NCBI GenBank assembly: GCA_964187785.1
Contig: OZ076409.1
Location: 56,608,001-56,672,000, forward strand
From: Amphiscolops sp. MND2022
Taxonomy: Eukaryota
Reading direction: 5' to 3'
Length of the DNA stretch: 64,000 nucleotides
In this document: positions 37,003 through 50,935 of the stretch, piece by piece
How the letters are laid out: every line of letters begins with the position of its first letter
Numbering within the stretch: the first letter of the stretch is position 1
Notes under the pieces: generated by a model
Databases searched by the model: none
The model's input: only the letters and a program-made list of their open reading frames with translations
What the model was told of the DNA's origin: nothing
Made by a program: the position numbers and the translations under genes

Positions 37003-40000
37003 AATCGAGGAAACTAAACGACAGCTGTATAAAAATTAGACCCCATATGCCGAACATGGAAGAACTGCTGAACCAAATCTCGGTAGAGATCACAAGAGAC
37101 CGAACAAATAATTGAATACATCAAAATCGATTTGGACTACGCATACGGTCAAATGAAACTATCAAAAGAAACAAGCCGACAATGCGTATTCGCATTAACC
37201 GGTGGAAATCTTAGTGGATATTACCGATTCAAGAAAGGATTATTTGGCCTTGCCGACATCCCAACAATTTCCCAAGAAAAAATTGACCGAACCCTCGAAT
37301 ATTCCACACCAGCGTGGTTAGACGACATAATAGTAGTCACTAGAGGAGACCGAACACAACACGAGAAAAAACTATTTGACGTACTGAAAAAACTACAAGA
37401 TGCAGGATACCGAGCAAGCGAAAGAAAATCGGAATTTTTTCTAAAAAAGACCAAATGGCTCGGACATGAAATTGATGAAACGGGGATCAAACCTAACACA
37501 GAGAAAGAGAGAGCAATAATAGAATTGAAACACCCGGAAAAACAAAAACAATTGAAGTCATTTCTCGGTGCAATACAATATCTGGCAAAATTCATACCGA
37601 GACTATCGGAAAGAACTGAAAATTTTCGAGGATTATTGAAGAAAGACTCTAAATGGAATTGGGGAAAAGAACATGACGAAGACTTCAATAATATAAAAAA
37701 AATATTGACCGAAGCACCCTCTCTGGCCCATTACGCAAAAGATAGAGACAACATTTTTACCACCGACGCAAGTAAAACCGGACTCGGAAATACATTATGG
37801 CAGAAACAATCAGACGGAGAAATAAGACCGATAGCATTCGGAAGTAGAAATCTAAATGAAAGCGAACAAACTTTCTTGATTGGGGAATTAGAATTATTGG
37901 CGGTTGTGTGGGGTTTAGAAAAATTCCGATTTTACTTATACAGAAAGAAAGTGTTTCTATATACAGACCACCAACCATTGGAACCACTGATTAAAAGAAA
38001 CCGGTGCAATCGGCAATATAGCGCAAGACTAACCAGATGATTAGACTGACTTGCACACTTTGATATAGAAATGCAACATATTCTTGGCAGTAATTTAAAA
38101 TTTACCAACTTTTTGAGTATAAATCCGGTAGAAGACGCAACGACCAAAGACGTATACGATGAGCAATACGTATTTAACAACCTTTCAGAACAAGCCGAAT
38201 TGAACATGAAATACGGCTCACTATGCGTTGACCAATCACGGAGCGCACCAGAAAGAAATAAAACAAAAGAAACAAAAACGATAACTAATCAAAATTCAGT
38301 AGAACATTCGAGAACAACCGAGACGTGAACAAAAACCGCGACAAAGCGAAAATCGCATCGAACTTTAGCCGAGAAAAGTTCAAACCGGAAAGTAAAATCC
38401 GAAACGTAAATTCAATTCAAAATTCGAATCTAAACTCAAATTTTTTTGCCGTTATTTAAGAACGAAATGGACCGAGAATACTTTCATTGGGGCGCAACAG
38501 CCGATATCATGAATATCATTAGACGAAGAAGAAAGAGCCAGAAACACTTAGATGGGTGGAAAGAAGGCTGGAAATCTCAAGACCACGAACAATGCGCCGA
38601 AAGTTCGATATGAACGCACAACGACAGATCTGGGTCCCCTCCAGGCCGAATAAGAGGAGCAGAGAAGATATCGCCGAAATTGACTGCGAACTACTCTCAC
38701 GAGCAAACCGATTCGGCGGGGGATATCAACCACTAGAAGGCAGAATAGCAGAAGAAGAGGACCCAAACAATAACAACAATCAACAACAACCGGAAGTTAG
38801 AGAAGAAGAAATTGAACCGACCAGTGAAGGCGAGAGCCAAATAGTACGGGGAGAAATTTTCCCAATCGTGGACCTAAAAGCCGACAATACAGAAGGCCGG
38901 GAAGCCCAGTTCATACCAATAAATCAGGTAATCGAAAAACTGACGGGAAAAAAACCACGGAAGACGTAATCAAGGAGGCCGAATTCAACTTCATGCTCGA
39001 CTTAGAAGCATTGCTCGCAAAATCCAACACAGACGCCGAACTGAACCGGGTCAGAGATGCGATGCCACGAGCCGAAAGAAGTACGGCCCCAGAACCCTAC
39101 CGACCAGTCTCCGAGAAATTATCAAACAAGCGGGGACTAACCTTCAACGAAGACCGCATAATCGTGCCCACCGAACTAAGAAAGAAAACACTCGACACAC
39201 TGCACTTCGGACATGCCGGATCAACGAAGATGCTAGCGGAATCCAAAATATTCTGGTGGCCCAACATGTGCAGAGAGATCGGGGATAAAACCAAAAACTT
39301 TGTGGCTTGCATGGCTTCGGGTAAAATTTAAACTATCAAATACCAACAAAAAACTTCGGAAAACTAAAAAAACTAACGGAACCGGGACAAGAAATTCAAA
39401 TTGATTTTACCGGAAAATTAAACCACAAAAAACTAAACGGAGAACACCAAGTACTAATTGCTAGTGATAGATTCAGTAAATGGCCAACCGTAAAGATTTG
39501 CAAATCATCGGAAACGAAAGAAGTATTAAACTTCTTAAAACAAAACTTCAATCTATACGGACTACCCGAAAAAATCAAAACGGACAAAGCCGGAGCATTT
39601 GTCGCCAAAGAATACAGGGATTTCTGAAAATCGAAAAATATTGAATTTGAATACAGTACATCGAGATTACATACCGGTAGGGGAGCGGTAGAACGCGCAA
39701 TCCAAACTCTCAAGAAATTGATAATTACTAATTTTGAAGACAATTTATGCCAGACCGAATGTGTAAATAGAGCATTACATTTAATGCGAGTTACAATACA
39801 CACGGGACAAAAGATTACACCATTCGAATTACATCACGGTCGCAAACCGAGAACCGAATTAACAAATTTAGTGAAAACCGAAAAATCATTTCTCTCTAAT
39901 TGGTCAGAAACATCCATCTCAGCAAACAGCCGACCGAAGATACCCATCTACGTTACCAGAAACGAAGACGGGGAAGTATCGAACCATATTGTAATGGCCC

Positions 40001-40620
40001 GCACAAAAGCTGAAGAGAATGTCCTAGCCGAAAAGTCACCGAAAAAGAAAAATTCGGTTAGTAACTTTCTTTTTGGATTCTTCGAAAAAAATCATAACAA
40101 AAAATCACTCGAAGGTAGGTTTCAAAAACACCTACAAACGGCAGTAAAAGGTACGGAACACACCGTAACCACCGACATCGGAAAAACAATTCACAGAAAA
40201 TTTATTTCGGATCCGATTATATTTCAGAAAGAAAAAAAACAGCACCAAAGATCGGAGACAAAATAACCCCGAAAAACCGGCACTGCCTCAGAGGGGTAGA
40301 CGGGAAGTACATACAGTGGAACGAGATACTAAGAGATGTACTTAACCGGAAATTGAAAAATGTGCAGAACAAGAAAACGGAATCAGACTCCGAAAGCGAA
40401 GAAGGAGAAGTAGAAGACGAAGAGAGTGATTTCGAGAATCACGATACATCCAAACGAAACGGTTGCTACCGCCCGATCACAACATCACCCGAGGACGAAC
40501 TAAACCTCCACAAGGATGGCGAACTAAATACGGGTGAGATAAAAACAGAAAACATAATAACCGAAAAAAAGTAGACTGTCAAGTCGGGAAGGTAAACAAC
40601 CGAGTAGATACGGGGGGTTA
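37003..40620 (+). pseudogene. pol: RT-RNase H-integrase of Gypsy element 2 (multiple stops and frameshifts)
   Basis: DYAYGQ, GLADIPT, AWLDDII, SFLGAIQYL, TDASKTGLG, ELELLAVVW, HFGH..C, IDFTG, TDK, GAVER, TPFELHHGRKPRT. Confidence 0.93.
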
Positions 40621-40800
40621 TATACACCAGAAACTTTTGGACATGAATTGATAGATCTAAAAATGTTATAGGTGACAACAAATGGAACAACAGAAAAGAG
40701 ACTCCACAACCACTTCCCAAGCCAGCGGACTTCGCACATGAGAAAACACCCACACCGAGATCATCAAGAATGTAAGCCGAGAAGAACCCAGAAGGGGGAA

Positions 40801-41064
40801 TGTAATACGGTGTCAATACCGATACCGAATAATACGGTGACAATATCAATCAAACTCAGATCTTTCTTAGAGTACCAAACAAGACATTAGATCATTTATG
40901 TTTATATATATATTTTTAAACAACATACTTTTGTTTCGTACAAAGATGATATCATTTGATATATAGATCTAGATATAGAAAAGATCGTTTGACATTACTT
41001 TGAGTTCAGAAGAAACTTTTAAATAAAACCTTTCGTATTTCTTATCAAACCAAGGAATAGAACA
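40801..41064 (+). repeat. 3' LTR of Gypsy element 2
   Basis: Direct repeat of 29395-29656; followed by TSD GTTTT. Confidence 0.96.
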
Positions 41065-41282
41065 GTTTTCACTGAATTGAAAAAAGTTTCCTATTTTCAG
41101 CTCATATTTCCACAATACTAACTTAGCTCCGTTTTTTCCTCATTTTGCCATGTTTCGTTTTTTACACCCAAATGATAGAAGTTTTTTATAGAAACTACTA
41201 AAACAACTAAAGTACTGGACCGGCCAAGCCCCGCTAGCGGAAACGCATCCAGGTTAGTGTAAAGACTCCTGCTTTCATTTTT

Positions 41283-41765
41283 AGTCGGCGCTTTTCTTAA
41301 GAAAAGAGCCCGACTATTACAGTCACTCGTTTTTTTTTATTTAGGACAGACTCGAAGCGACGAACGTTAAAATTAACGTTCAACTACTAAATACAGTACT
41401 ACTAAAATACTGGCAGCGCATTTGAGATAGTGCAAAGGGTCCCTTTTTCAGTAAGTCCATTTTTATCGTAAGATACAAAACAGGACGAGACTATAGGGTC
41501 CCCGCTTTGAGTGGTTTTCGGCACTGTGCGACTTTTTTTTCGAATTTTTTTTTGTCCCCAAAGGGTCCCCCTTTCGAGTTTTTTGATATTTTGCAACGGA
41601 ATGTATGTTAATAAATCCAGAAGGGTCCCCCTTTTACATTTTTCGGCACTATGCGACTTTTTTTTGAAAGAAAAAAAATTTCAAAAACTTCAATTTTTTT
41701 CCAAAAAAAACTTTTGCGCTTTTTGAGCCTTAGATATGGCTCCGACTTTAGACGTTCCCGTCTTG
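41283..41765 (+). mobile_element. HINE family A element
   Basis: TTTT-AGTCGGCGCTTTTCTTAAGAAAAGAGCCCGACTAT ... CCGACTTTAGACGTTCCCGTCTTG-TT; inverted close homologue of 30122-30595. Confidence 0.88.
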
Positions 41766-41789
41766 TTCCTTTTCAACATTACATACAAA

Positions 41790-42722
41790 ACCGGACGAGA
41801 CTAAATGGCCCCCTTTCGATTTTTCAGCAAGGTGAGACATTTTCTGAAGTTTTTAACTGGCTCCAAAGGGCCCCTTCAATTTTTTGATATTTTGCAACAG
41901 AATGGATGTTGAAAAATCCCAAATGATCCCTCTTGTGTTCTAACATCTAAGTTAAGAAGGAACAGGACTTGTTAAATCAGAGTTTTTTTCGTAGATTTAT
42001 ACTATAACATATCTGCATGTATAGAGAACTTAAAGCGCAGTTTTCTAATTCAATTTTGTTTACTAATCATTTGCTAGTGTTCTAGATCTAAACTCGGTGA
42101 GGGCCAGGACGAAAGAACCGTATAACAGTCTCCCCTTTGACATTTTTCTGCACTATGAGACTGTTCCAATGTTTAATGTCTCCTCTTCAATTTTTGATAT
42201 TCTGCAAGAGAATATTTGTTTAAAAATTCCAAAGGGTCCATCCTTCTACATTTTCTGGCACCATCAGACTGGTCAAAATTCTCTTCTTTCGTCTGATAAT
42301 AAGTTTTCTCAAAATATATCCACCAATAATTGTTTCAACCACATCCGAATTTTTGACGTTATATCCGAACTTGCTCCTATTTGTCTCAGCACGCAAAATC
42401 CGAACTTTTGACCTCATATCCAAAGTACATTGTATATTACTGAGGAGGAAGCGGAGGATCAAAATTAATGAGCCATACCCGAAGTTTGACGTGATTTCCG
42501 AAGTAAATTGGCTTAAGTCAAGAGGAGCCTGAGGTTCGGAAAAAACACTCCCATGTGGCTCAGTACACAATATCTAAACTTTTTCGAGCACGAAAGGAAT
42601 CCTTTGGAAGTTTTGACTCTTTTTGTGAATTTTTCATAGAAAAGTTCTTTCTAAAACTTTGAGCCTGTTTTGAGCCTTTTTGAGCCTCAAGTATGGCGCC
42701 GACTTCAGACGTTCCCGTCTTG
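41790..42722 (+). mobile_element. Degraded HINE family A element (5' end unclear)
   Basis: Family core blocks and 3' end GGCGCCGACTTCAGACGTTCCCGTCTTG. Confidence 0.65.
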
Positions 42723-42826
42723 TTCAAGATAGTTTTGATGGAGATATCGAAGACAAAATGATGACTTTTTCAGCATGCATTTTTTAAAAAAACTCCACTT
42801 TTTTAAAATGCGGTTTAATACGCAAA

Positions 42827-43351
42827 CAAGACGGGATCGTCTCAAGTCGGCGCCATATCTAAGGCTCAAAAATATTCAAAGAACAACTTTTGGAAAAATT
42901 TGGAAAACTTATTTTTTTCAAAAAAAAAATTTGAAATTTTTTTTTCAAAAAAAGTATTTTTTTAGAAAGTCGCACAATGCCGAAAAACTCAAAAAGAGGC
43001 CATTCAGGCTCATTAAACGTTTTTACAAACAGAAAACTTCAAAAAAATGCAAGGTATTCACTTTGATAGAATCCGAAAATTTTCGAAAAAAAGTCGCATA
43101 GTGCCGAAAAAACGAAAAAAAATCAAACGAAAGAAAAATACTTTTGGTCTCGCATCTACTTTTGGAAGCATAAAAAGTTTGTGGTTTAGTGCGAGAATCG
43201 AACCCACTATCTCCGGCTTCTCAGAAAATTAGTTAAAAAAATGAACAAAGATTGTAAGAAAAGTGGACCATTCAGAGTGAGATTGTAGGCTGAAAAAAAA
43301 CTACAAACTGTAATAGTCGGGCTTTTTTCCTTAAGGGAAAATGCGCCGACT
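42827..43351 (-). mobile_element. HINE family A element
   Basis: Ends CAAGACGGGATCGTCTCAAGTCGGCGCC and TAATAGTCGGGC...GCGCCGACT-AAAA. Confidence 0.85.
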
Positions 43352-46300
43352 AAAAATAGCAACAACGGTGAAATTTGTTGGTTTTTGAATTTTTGTTCTT
43401 CTTGTATAAATTTCGCGAATTGTTTTGGGTGTGAATATCCACAGATTTCAATTATTCAAGAATAGTTTTTTGAAAATAATTGATTCGGTTTGGAATGAAA
43501 AGCGGAAAATAAACCACAATGTTGAAAAACTCATCGTTTTGTTCAGGGATTTTGTTACAGTTTTATTTCCAATCGGCAAACTTTCTTTGACAAAATTATA
43601 TTGTTCCTCCCCTGAAACATAACCTAAACAAAAAACTCATTTTTGTCATTTTTGTACAGCTTTTGGGTAATTCTTCTTGAAAGAAGTTCTAGAAATTTGA
43701 AAAAACTTTAGGCTACTAGCGTTACCTAGCAATTCTTTAGTTGGAGAAATACTGAGTGTCTGCTTCAGTATTTTTAAATATAACAAAGTGTCCGTTACTT
43801 TGATTCCTGAGTATCACAATGAAGTCGTTAGAGCATTGTGACAAACTTTCTGCGGAATGATCTTCTTCGTAAATACCCCCTGAAGTGATTCCAGGAAAAT
43901 TCATAGGTTTCATTTAGTCAAAAAAGGGTATAGAGTCTCGAATTTGGAAATGGTAGTCGAAAACTTATCCACAACGTTTCAAAAATTCGTTTTCAGTCTG
44001 TGTGTCGTTCAGCTTCTATTCGAACCGAAATTATTTAACGATTACCAGATAACTCACAATGAGTTCTCACAATGTTCAACACGTGAAATCTCAACGCAAG
44101 AAAACTCAATGCAAGAAAATTCGACAGAGACAGTTCACCACTTTTGCACCAGAATTCTCAGTGACATCACATCTAACTGATTCTTTTCCCTTTTCACGGC
44201 AGTTGGACACAATGGCTTAACAAATAGTTGATAGTCAATGGGAAACGAAAAAAAAACTAACGCTTGGAATTTTCTATATAGCATGTACAATTAACTGAGG
44301 CATTGGTATAGCCAAGTGTGAACATAGACAATCCGAAGTCACAAATTAGTTAAAGGAATGCAACATACTGTGTAATTTTTCTTTTTTAAACTCAATTAAA
44401 GATGAGGTGCGAAAGTGTGTTGAATTTTTATGTGTTGAGCTTTCTGTATATGGCAATGTGCTGAATTTTGTAGTTGATTTTTTGGTGTAGATTTCCCGTA
44501 TCCCGATTTAACATTTGAAATAGAGATCAAATGAGCAGATACATTTGATTCAAAAAGTAATCGAGCTACCGTAAAGGTTCGAAAACTTTACTTTGGAGCT
44601 TTTGTTATTCCATGATTTCATAGATCAATTTCGAATAACTGACAACCTATATTTCTGTTGCCTGGTGGTAAAAAAAATAATTCAAAAATGAAAACTTCTG
44701 CGCATTCCTCTTTTTTTTCTGAGAAACTCTATATTCAATGTACATCTGCAAAAATTGACATTTTCAAGAATTAAAATTTTTCTGTCTGTTCCATTACTTG
44801 CTGAAAATGATAAAAAACCTGAAGTGTTTTCTAAGTAATTGGAATTCCATTACATGGTAACAAACATCTAGGATGATGGATTGAACATGTCTATTACAAT
44901 CAAAACGTAATCAAAATGACTGCTCGGTCATTTTTTGATGGCTAAATGATATGTCAGCACAAACTAATGTAATTGAAATTACAGCTTTAAACTTATTCGT
45001 GCTTCTCTGCTTTTTTCTTCAAGTTTTCGACGGATTTAGAAAATCAAAAACATATAGCTATTCTCTGTTTTCTTTTGTTTTTGACCTCATATGGCCGACT
45101 TTGAAGTTTTTTAGTTTTTTCGATACTCCGAGAATTTAAACTCTCAAGATTACGAAAAATGTCTTTTATGAACAACCAATTTTTTCAGGATCAACTTCTT
45201 GTAAATAAGAGTTTGCGCTTGTCTTTTTTGCATTTTTTATACATAACCTTCACATAGTTTATAATTTTTGAGTGTGACAAATTTTCATGTCATAATCGAT
45301 TTATCTTAGGTTTAGTTTTCTGAAATGATTTTAAACAAGTTGTGCTTGATTTCAGGGATCTTAATTCATAACAACTGTTTTACATAATGAAAGCAATTAA
45401 AAACGCGCAGCTTGGTTTCCAAGCAAAAGACGTTGGTGCAGTCCGAAAAAAATTAAAAATCAACAAAAAAACAATTGCAACTTTTCAACAAGGTTTTCAA
45501 ATTTTCTAAGTTTCTTTAATTTGTGGCTCTAAAACATCTCTAATAAGCTTTCTGCTGAGAAAACCAAGAGAAACTAAGACATGTTTGTTTGAAGAGTGGC
45601 AGTTTTTGAAATTTTGAAGCATCAAATGTTGGCTTCTGTTCGCCTTTCAAAGCTTTTACACCTTCATGTGAGTATTTCACACTTTTTGAGAATTTCATAA
45701 AATTTTAATGACACAACAATATTCTTTGTTCATGTGCACATGTTTTTTTGAAGACATTTCCCTTCATTAATTCGTAATTTTTTTAATGCTGTCTGTTTAT
45801 TGTCATATTATCGATTTTGCCATATTTGTCTCAACTATGTATCGGGTGTGCTTCTTTAGGCAGTGAAAAACTCCTAAAGAATATCAGAAGAATAGAAATC
45901 ACGTTTCTTATTTTCAAGCAAAGAAGCCTCCGAAATTTGATAGCATGAAACAAGGAAAATCAATTCGCTGCGGCCAAACAAATTTTTGATACATATGCAC
46001 GTATAGGAAACAGAGAATGAAACATTTGAACATGATTTGACACCATGGTAAACCATCAATTAAGAAGCAATTTGGTAATGAAAGGCAACCTTCAAACACT
46101 GCTTAATGTAAAAAAAGTTCTGGAATCGTTATACATTGTTTACTCGATGGAGGAATGAAAACATGTAACTCAAAATGGTTTCAAAGTAAAGTTCACATTA
46201 TCCAGCATCGCAAACAGTTCATCCGTTAATTGTCTTTCGAAAACTTCGTGAACATTTTTTAACAAGACAGAACGGTGAATGCAGACCAAAAAATCCTAAA

Positions 46301-46931
46301 ACTTTGGATTCATAATTTTTGATGATTTATGATCAAATTTTGATGATTTATTATGATTCAGTTTCGCTTCATGATTCAAATTTTGATGATTTAGCTGCAT
46401 TAGAACTAGCACAATTCGTAGAAGAGAAAAAAATTCAATTAGAAAATGCCTCAAAATAGAGTTCAACTAAAAAAAATTTTGGTATCTAAAAACACTTTTT
46501 CGAAAATTTGCATGGACTGAAGTGAAAAGTGTCAAAGTTTCCAGTTGTTGCGGATCATGATGTAGTGGATAGCGCATAAGGTAAGTTCTGTTAACAGTGT
46601 TTTCGTCTTTTTGTGGGTACATTTGTCTGCAGAGACCAACAACAAACAAGAAACTACTGACCATACTATTGTTTCGATAAATGTTTTTGCTTAACTTCGA
46701 TAGCGAAAAGTGTTGAAAACAGAACATCCACTGCACGATATTCGGGAGAAACGTATTCATTTTGGACAATAAAATTTAACGTTTATTCGCTTCAATGATG
46801 AGCGGAAAACTTGTTTTTACTGGAAAGATCAACTTGCCCCTGGGGGTGATTTCCGAACTTTGTGCGCGATTACTTGTGACCTTCACGCAGCCTTTTAAGC
46901 AATTCGTTAACGACACCACTTTCTTTTTTTT

Positions 46932-49009
46932 AGTCGGAGCTTTTTGACAGAAAGTGCCCAACTATTACAGCGGCTAATTTTTAGTCGGCGCTTTTCTAGT
47001 GAAAAGAGCCCAACTATTACTGTGGCTAGTTTTTGTTTTCTTTTTTTTTCGCCAGACCACATACCTCATCGTGTATGTACCACTTTTTACAGACTTTTCA
47101 CGTGTACTCGTCAGTACAGAATTTACTCGTTTTACGATGAAACCAGCGGTCACGGGTTCGAGTCCTTGCTTTAGCCAGAAACTTTATCGAGCACTTTTTT
47201 ATCGATACTGTGCGACTCTTTCAATTTTTTTCGGCACTGTGCGACTTTTTTCGAAATTTTTTCGAGTTCAAAGAGTCCCAATTTCAAGTTTTTTTGATAT
47301 TTCGCGGCAAACTAAAGTGACAAAAAGCCCAAAGGGTCTCCCTTTTTGTGTGTTTTGGCACTAAGAGACTGTTCAAAATTCTCATTTTTTCAATTTTTCT
47401 CGGAAAATAATCGACTTTCTTTTTGTCTCCAAAGGGTCGCCTTTACTTTATTTGATATTTTGCAACAAATTGGATTTTTAAAAAAAACCCGAAGGGTCCC
47501 GCTTTTACAGGTTTAAAAACTGCGCTCTTTGAGCCTCAGATATAGCGCCGACTTTAAACATTCCCGTCTTGGTAATCCTGTCAACTTCCCGTTGATTTAT
47601 GCTAAAGCTATAAGTGATATGTTAACGTTTCATTCGAATTCATGTGTTAGACGCTGTCGCAGGATGCCGCCTGTGACGGCACAAGAATTACGACCTCGAT
47701 TGGACAGCGGTCACGGGTTCGAGTCCTTGCTTTAGCCAGAAACTTTGTCGAGCAATTTTTTTCGGCACTGTGCGACTTTTTTTTGATTTTTTTGCCTTCA
47801 AAGGGTCCCACCTTCAAGGTATTTTTGATATTTTGCAGCAAACTGAAGTGCCAAAAAACCCAAAGGGTCTTGTATGTATTTCCCTTGTATGTAATTCCCT
47901 TTTATGTTTTTCGGCACTATAGACAGTTCAAAATTCTCATTTTTCGTTTTTTTTCGGAAATTAAAAAGACTGTCGGAAGCGTTTTGTCTCGAAAGGGTCC
48001 CCCTCCAATTTTTTGCAACAAACTGGATTTTCAAAAAACCCAGAGGGTCCCCCCCTTTTACAGGTTTAAAAACTTTGCGCTTTTTGAGCCTTAGAGATTG
48101 CGCCGAGTTTAGACGTTCCTGTCTTGTTTTCTTTTATTTCGTCAGACCACAGAGCTCATCCTGTCTGTACCACTTTTTGGTAGAGAGGTTAATCGGATTC
48201 AGTTAGAACCCAGCGGTGGTAGGTTCGAGTCCCTGCTTCCCTGCTTCAACCAGGAATTGTTTCGTGCATTTGCAAAACGGGACGAGACAAAAAGCTCCTT
48301 TCAATTTTTCGGCTTTGTGAGTCTTTGATCTTTTACAACAAACTGGATTTTCAAGAAACCCTAAAGGTTCCCCATGTACAATTTTGAGCATTGTGAATTG
48401 TTTAAAATGAATTCTCTCTTTTGTTTTAAAATTAGGTTTTCACAGTGGCTCTGCACGCTTTATCCAAACTTTTACCGTTAAATCGGAAGAAAGCAGCAAT
48501 TCATCAAAGAGGTGACTGAGGTTCGAAAATATTGCGGTAAATCCGTATTTTTGACATTATATACGAAGTAAGTTGCCGTCTATTGAGGAGGAGAACCCGG
48601 AGGTTGCACTAAATCAAAAATGTTGCGCTTTATCCAAATAAGATCGGCGTTTTCTTAAGAACGACGTTTTTTTGGTACTATGTGCTTTTTTCTAATTTGA
48701 TTTTATCGAAGGCCTCCTGTATTTTTACTACAAACCGAACGTTTTGCGAACATAGTAGACTCCTTAGAGTTTTCGGCATTATGCGACTTGCTGGAGGCAT
48801 TTGTTCAAATAAACTTCGAAAATGTTTCTCGATTGTTCGTTTTCTGAGAGGTTTTCGGTTGAACAAGATGGAAAAAATTGGTCTGCGAGTCTTATGCGTA
48901 TCCCTTCTGTTTTTTTTTGGCACTGCGAAATTGATGAAATTTTAACAATAGTGTCCTTTTGCATATTCGGAAACCTTAACTCTTTTGAACCTGGGGCGTT
49001 CCCGTCTTG
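46932..49009 (+). mobile_element. Nested/compound HINE family A cluster
   Basis: 5' ends at 46932 and 46983; 3' ends (..GTCTTG) at 47571, 48126 and 49009. Confidence 0.75.
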
Positions 49010-49653
49010 TTTTAAATTGTGGGAGACTTCATATATCTTCCGATGGACATCAAGTATCTATCTCACAAGCAGGTAGAAACGAATTTGTCCTTTCTTGAAG
49101 TTGCTCGAAGATGCTCTACAAAGAAGGTTGTCGACAATAAATTTAATACCAATTTTTTCTGTTGTTTCTTATGTTTCAAGTTTTTGTATTCATTTAGTTA
49201 GTATAATAGCCTTTGAAGTGTTGTTCAAATCCGAATGGGATGTGAAATTGATGTTCTATGTAAGCTACGGGTTTTCACGAGAACGTACAAGATTTGAAGT
49301 TCGTGGAAAATCCCCTCTCGACTAGATTTTCTAAAGTTTTCATATTTTCTTCGGTTTTGATAAGTTGGTCGTAATGTCACATTGACAAAAACTTTTTTCA
49401 AGGTTATTTTAAACAGGCTTTACTCTTTTATAGCCTTAAGCGGGCGCTGATTGTTTTTGAAAATTAACCATTGAAAACCCAAATACTATACGTTATTATT
49501 GCAAGAATCCAGAAAAATTTTTCACTCCACTTTTTCAATTCATGAAACGCATGTGTTATAATGCAGTTGAAGAATCCACATAAGACTATAACAGATTTGT
49601 TGCAGTCACTATTTTCCCCGATTGGTGTCGTAATGAGGTTCTAAACAAGACAA

Positions 49654-50658
49654 CCCGGGTCGCCTCCATGGATATCTCAGGAGGACCTTGGCACGATCCT
49701 GCCAATATCTTGGATAAATCCTAGCTATCATCTTGCCAAGATATTGCCAAGAAATGGAAGATATCATGGTAAGATCTTATCAAGAGAGCAATGTTCCCAA
49801 GAAAGATTTTATTGTAAAATCCTAATTGGCAAGAAAAAAATCTGGGAAGAAGTCAACAAAAATGAACATTTTTGCAGATTTATATTGTTAGACATTAAAA
49901 TTTTCCGTTAGCAAGGTATAAAATTCAATTGAAGAGTGCTTATGCAGTTCATTTAGGGATGCACTGAATAAATTGTTCTATCAATTGTAAAACTGTCGCT
50001 AGCAACGGCGTCAGAAAAACCTCGAGCTGAATCATTACCCAAATCGGGACAATGACCACCATTTCCAGCAATAATACGGCTGCTGAAACAGGCTCAAAGA
50101 AAGACGGAGATATTATTTTCAAAAAATTTCCGGATTTTTCAGTGTCCCTGTGTAACGTTTCGATAGTGGCTTTGGATTTTTGAGAATATTTTCCTTCGTC
50201 TCTGGAATCGACAGGAGTGATAAGTTACAAGTCTTTGAAATGAGCGTTCATCTGGTTGATTCGCATTTCTCAGTCTTAAACAGGTGAGGAGTTATTCGAC
50301 TTCTCGTCAGAATTTTGGAAGCCAGGATATCGTAATTATTCGCAAAATTTTGCATGCAAAATTTTTCAGCAGGTTGAAGCATTTTGATAAGAAAAACGAG
50401 TAGAAATAGTCGTTGTTGGGGGAAATGAGCCTTCAGATTGAGTCTCGGCTGCTTGTACCGAAGGTATAGTGTTTTATTATAATTTAGTATTTTGTCCATC
50501 GTGATAAGATTCGATCTTGGAAGAATGTATTATCTTATTAAGATCTTTATAAGAATCTTTCCATGGGATCCATGGTTTCCAAGATGTAGTAAGAATTTGG
50601 TAAGATCTTGCCATGACAGCCAAGATACTAGTAAGAAGGTATGCAAAATAGAACCTGG
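49654..50658. mobile_element. Old MITE-like element with CCAAGAT/ATCTTGG subterminal repeats
   Basis: Clusters of CAAGATC/GATCTTG/CCATGG at 49660-49790 and 50495-50640; weak CCCGGGT...ACCTGG termini. Confidence 0.35.
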
Positions 50659-50714
50659 AAAAAACTCCAACTGCAACCAAGTGGTCAAGCAATAGTTGAC
50701 TTGAAGCTGTGGTT

Positions 50715-50935
50715 TCAAAGTGACTTGCTCAAGGTCACAAAGGTCTGACTGCTCACCGTTGCTTTTTTTGTTTTGCTTTTCTCCGCCAAATGCGTTATTT
50801 TTTTGTCACTGACCATATCACTAAGCTAGGGATGAAAGACTTGCTTAAGGCTCAACAATGGTGAGTTGAGAGATATTCGAACCTGATACCGCCCCAGTAC
50901 TGGACGGATGCTCTAACCACTACACCATGCTCCCC
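50715..50935 (-). mobile_element. tRNA-derived, CORE-type SINE relic(s)
   Basis: Minus strand: A-box TGGTGTAGTGG, B-box GGTTCGAAT, then TGAGCCTTAAGCAAGTC and a second TGTGACCTTGAGCAAGTCAC, both resembling the CORE-SINE motif. Confidence 0.55.

Larger units (their letters stand above)
29395..41064 (+). mobile_element. Decayed full-length Ty3/Gypsy element 2, related to element 1, with two nested insertions
   Basis: LTRs 29395-29656 and 40801-41064 (~10 substitutions + 2-bp indel); TSD GTTTT (29390-29394, 41065-41069); PBS TGGCGCAGTC at 29657; PPT AGAAGGGGGAA at 40790-40800. Confidence 0.96.

Noticed and set aside
50865..50935. Possible tRNA gene
   Set aside because: A and B boxes are present but no acceptor stem or cloverleaf; SINE-core-like sequence follows.
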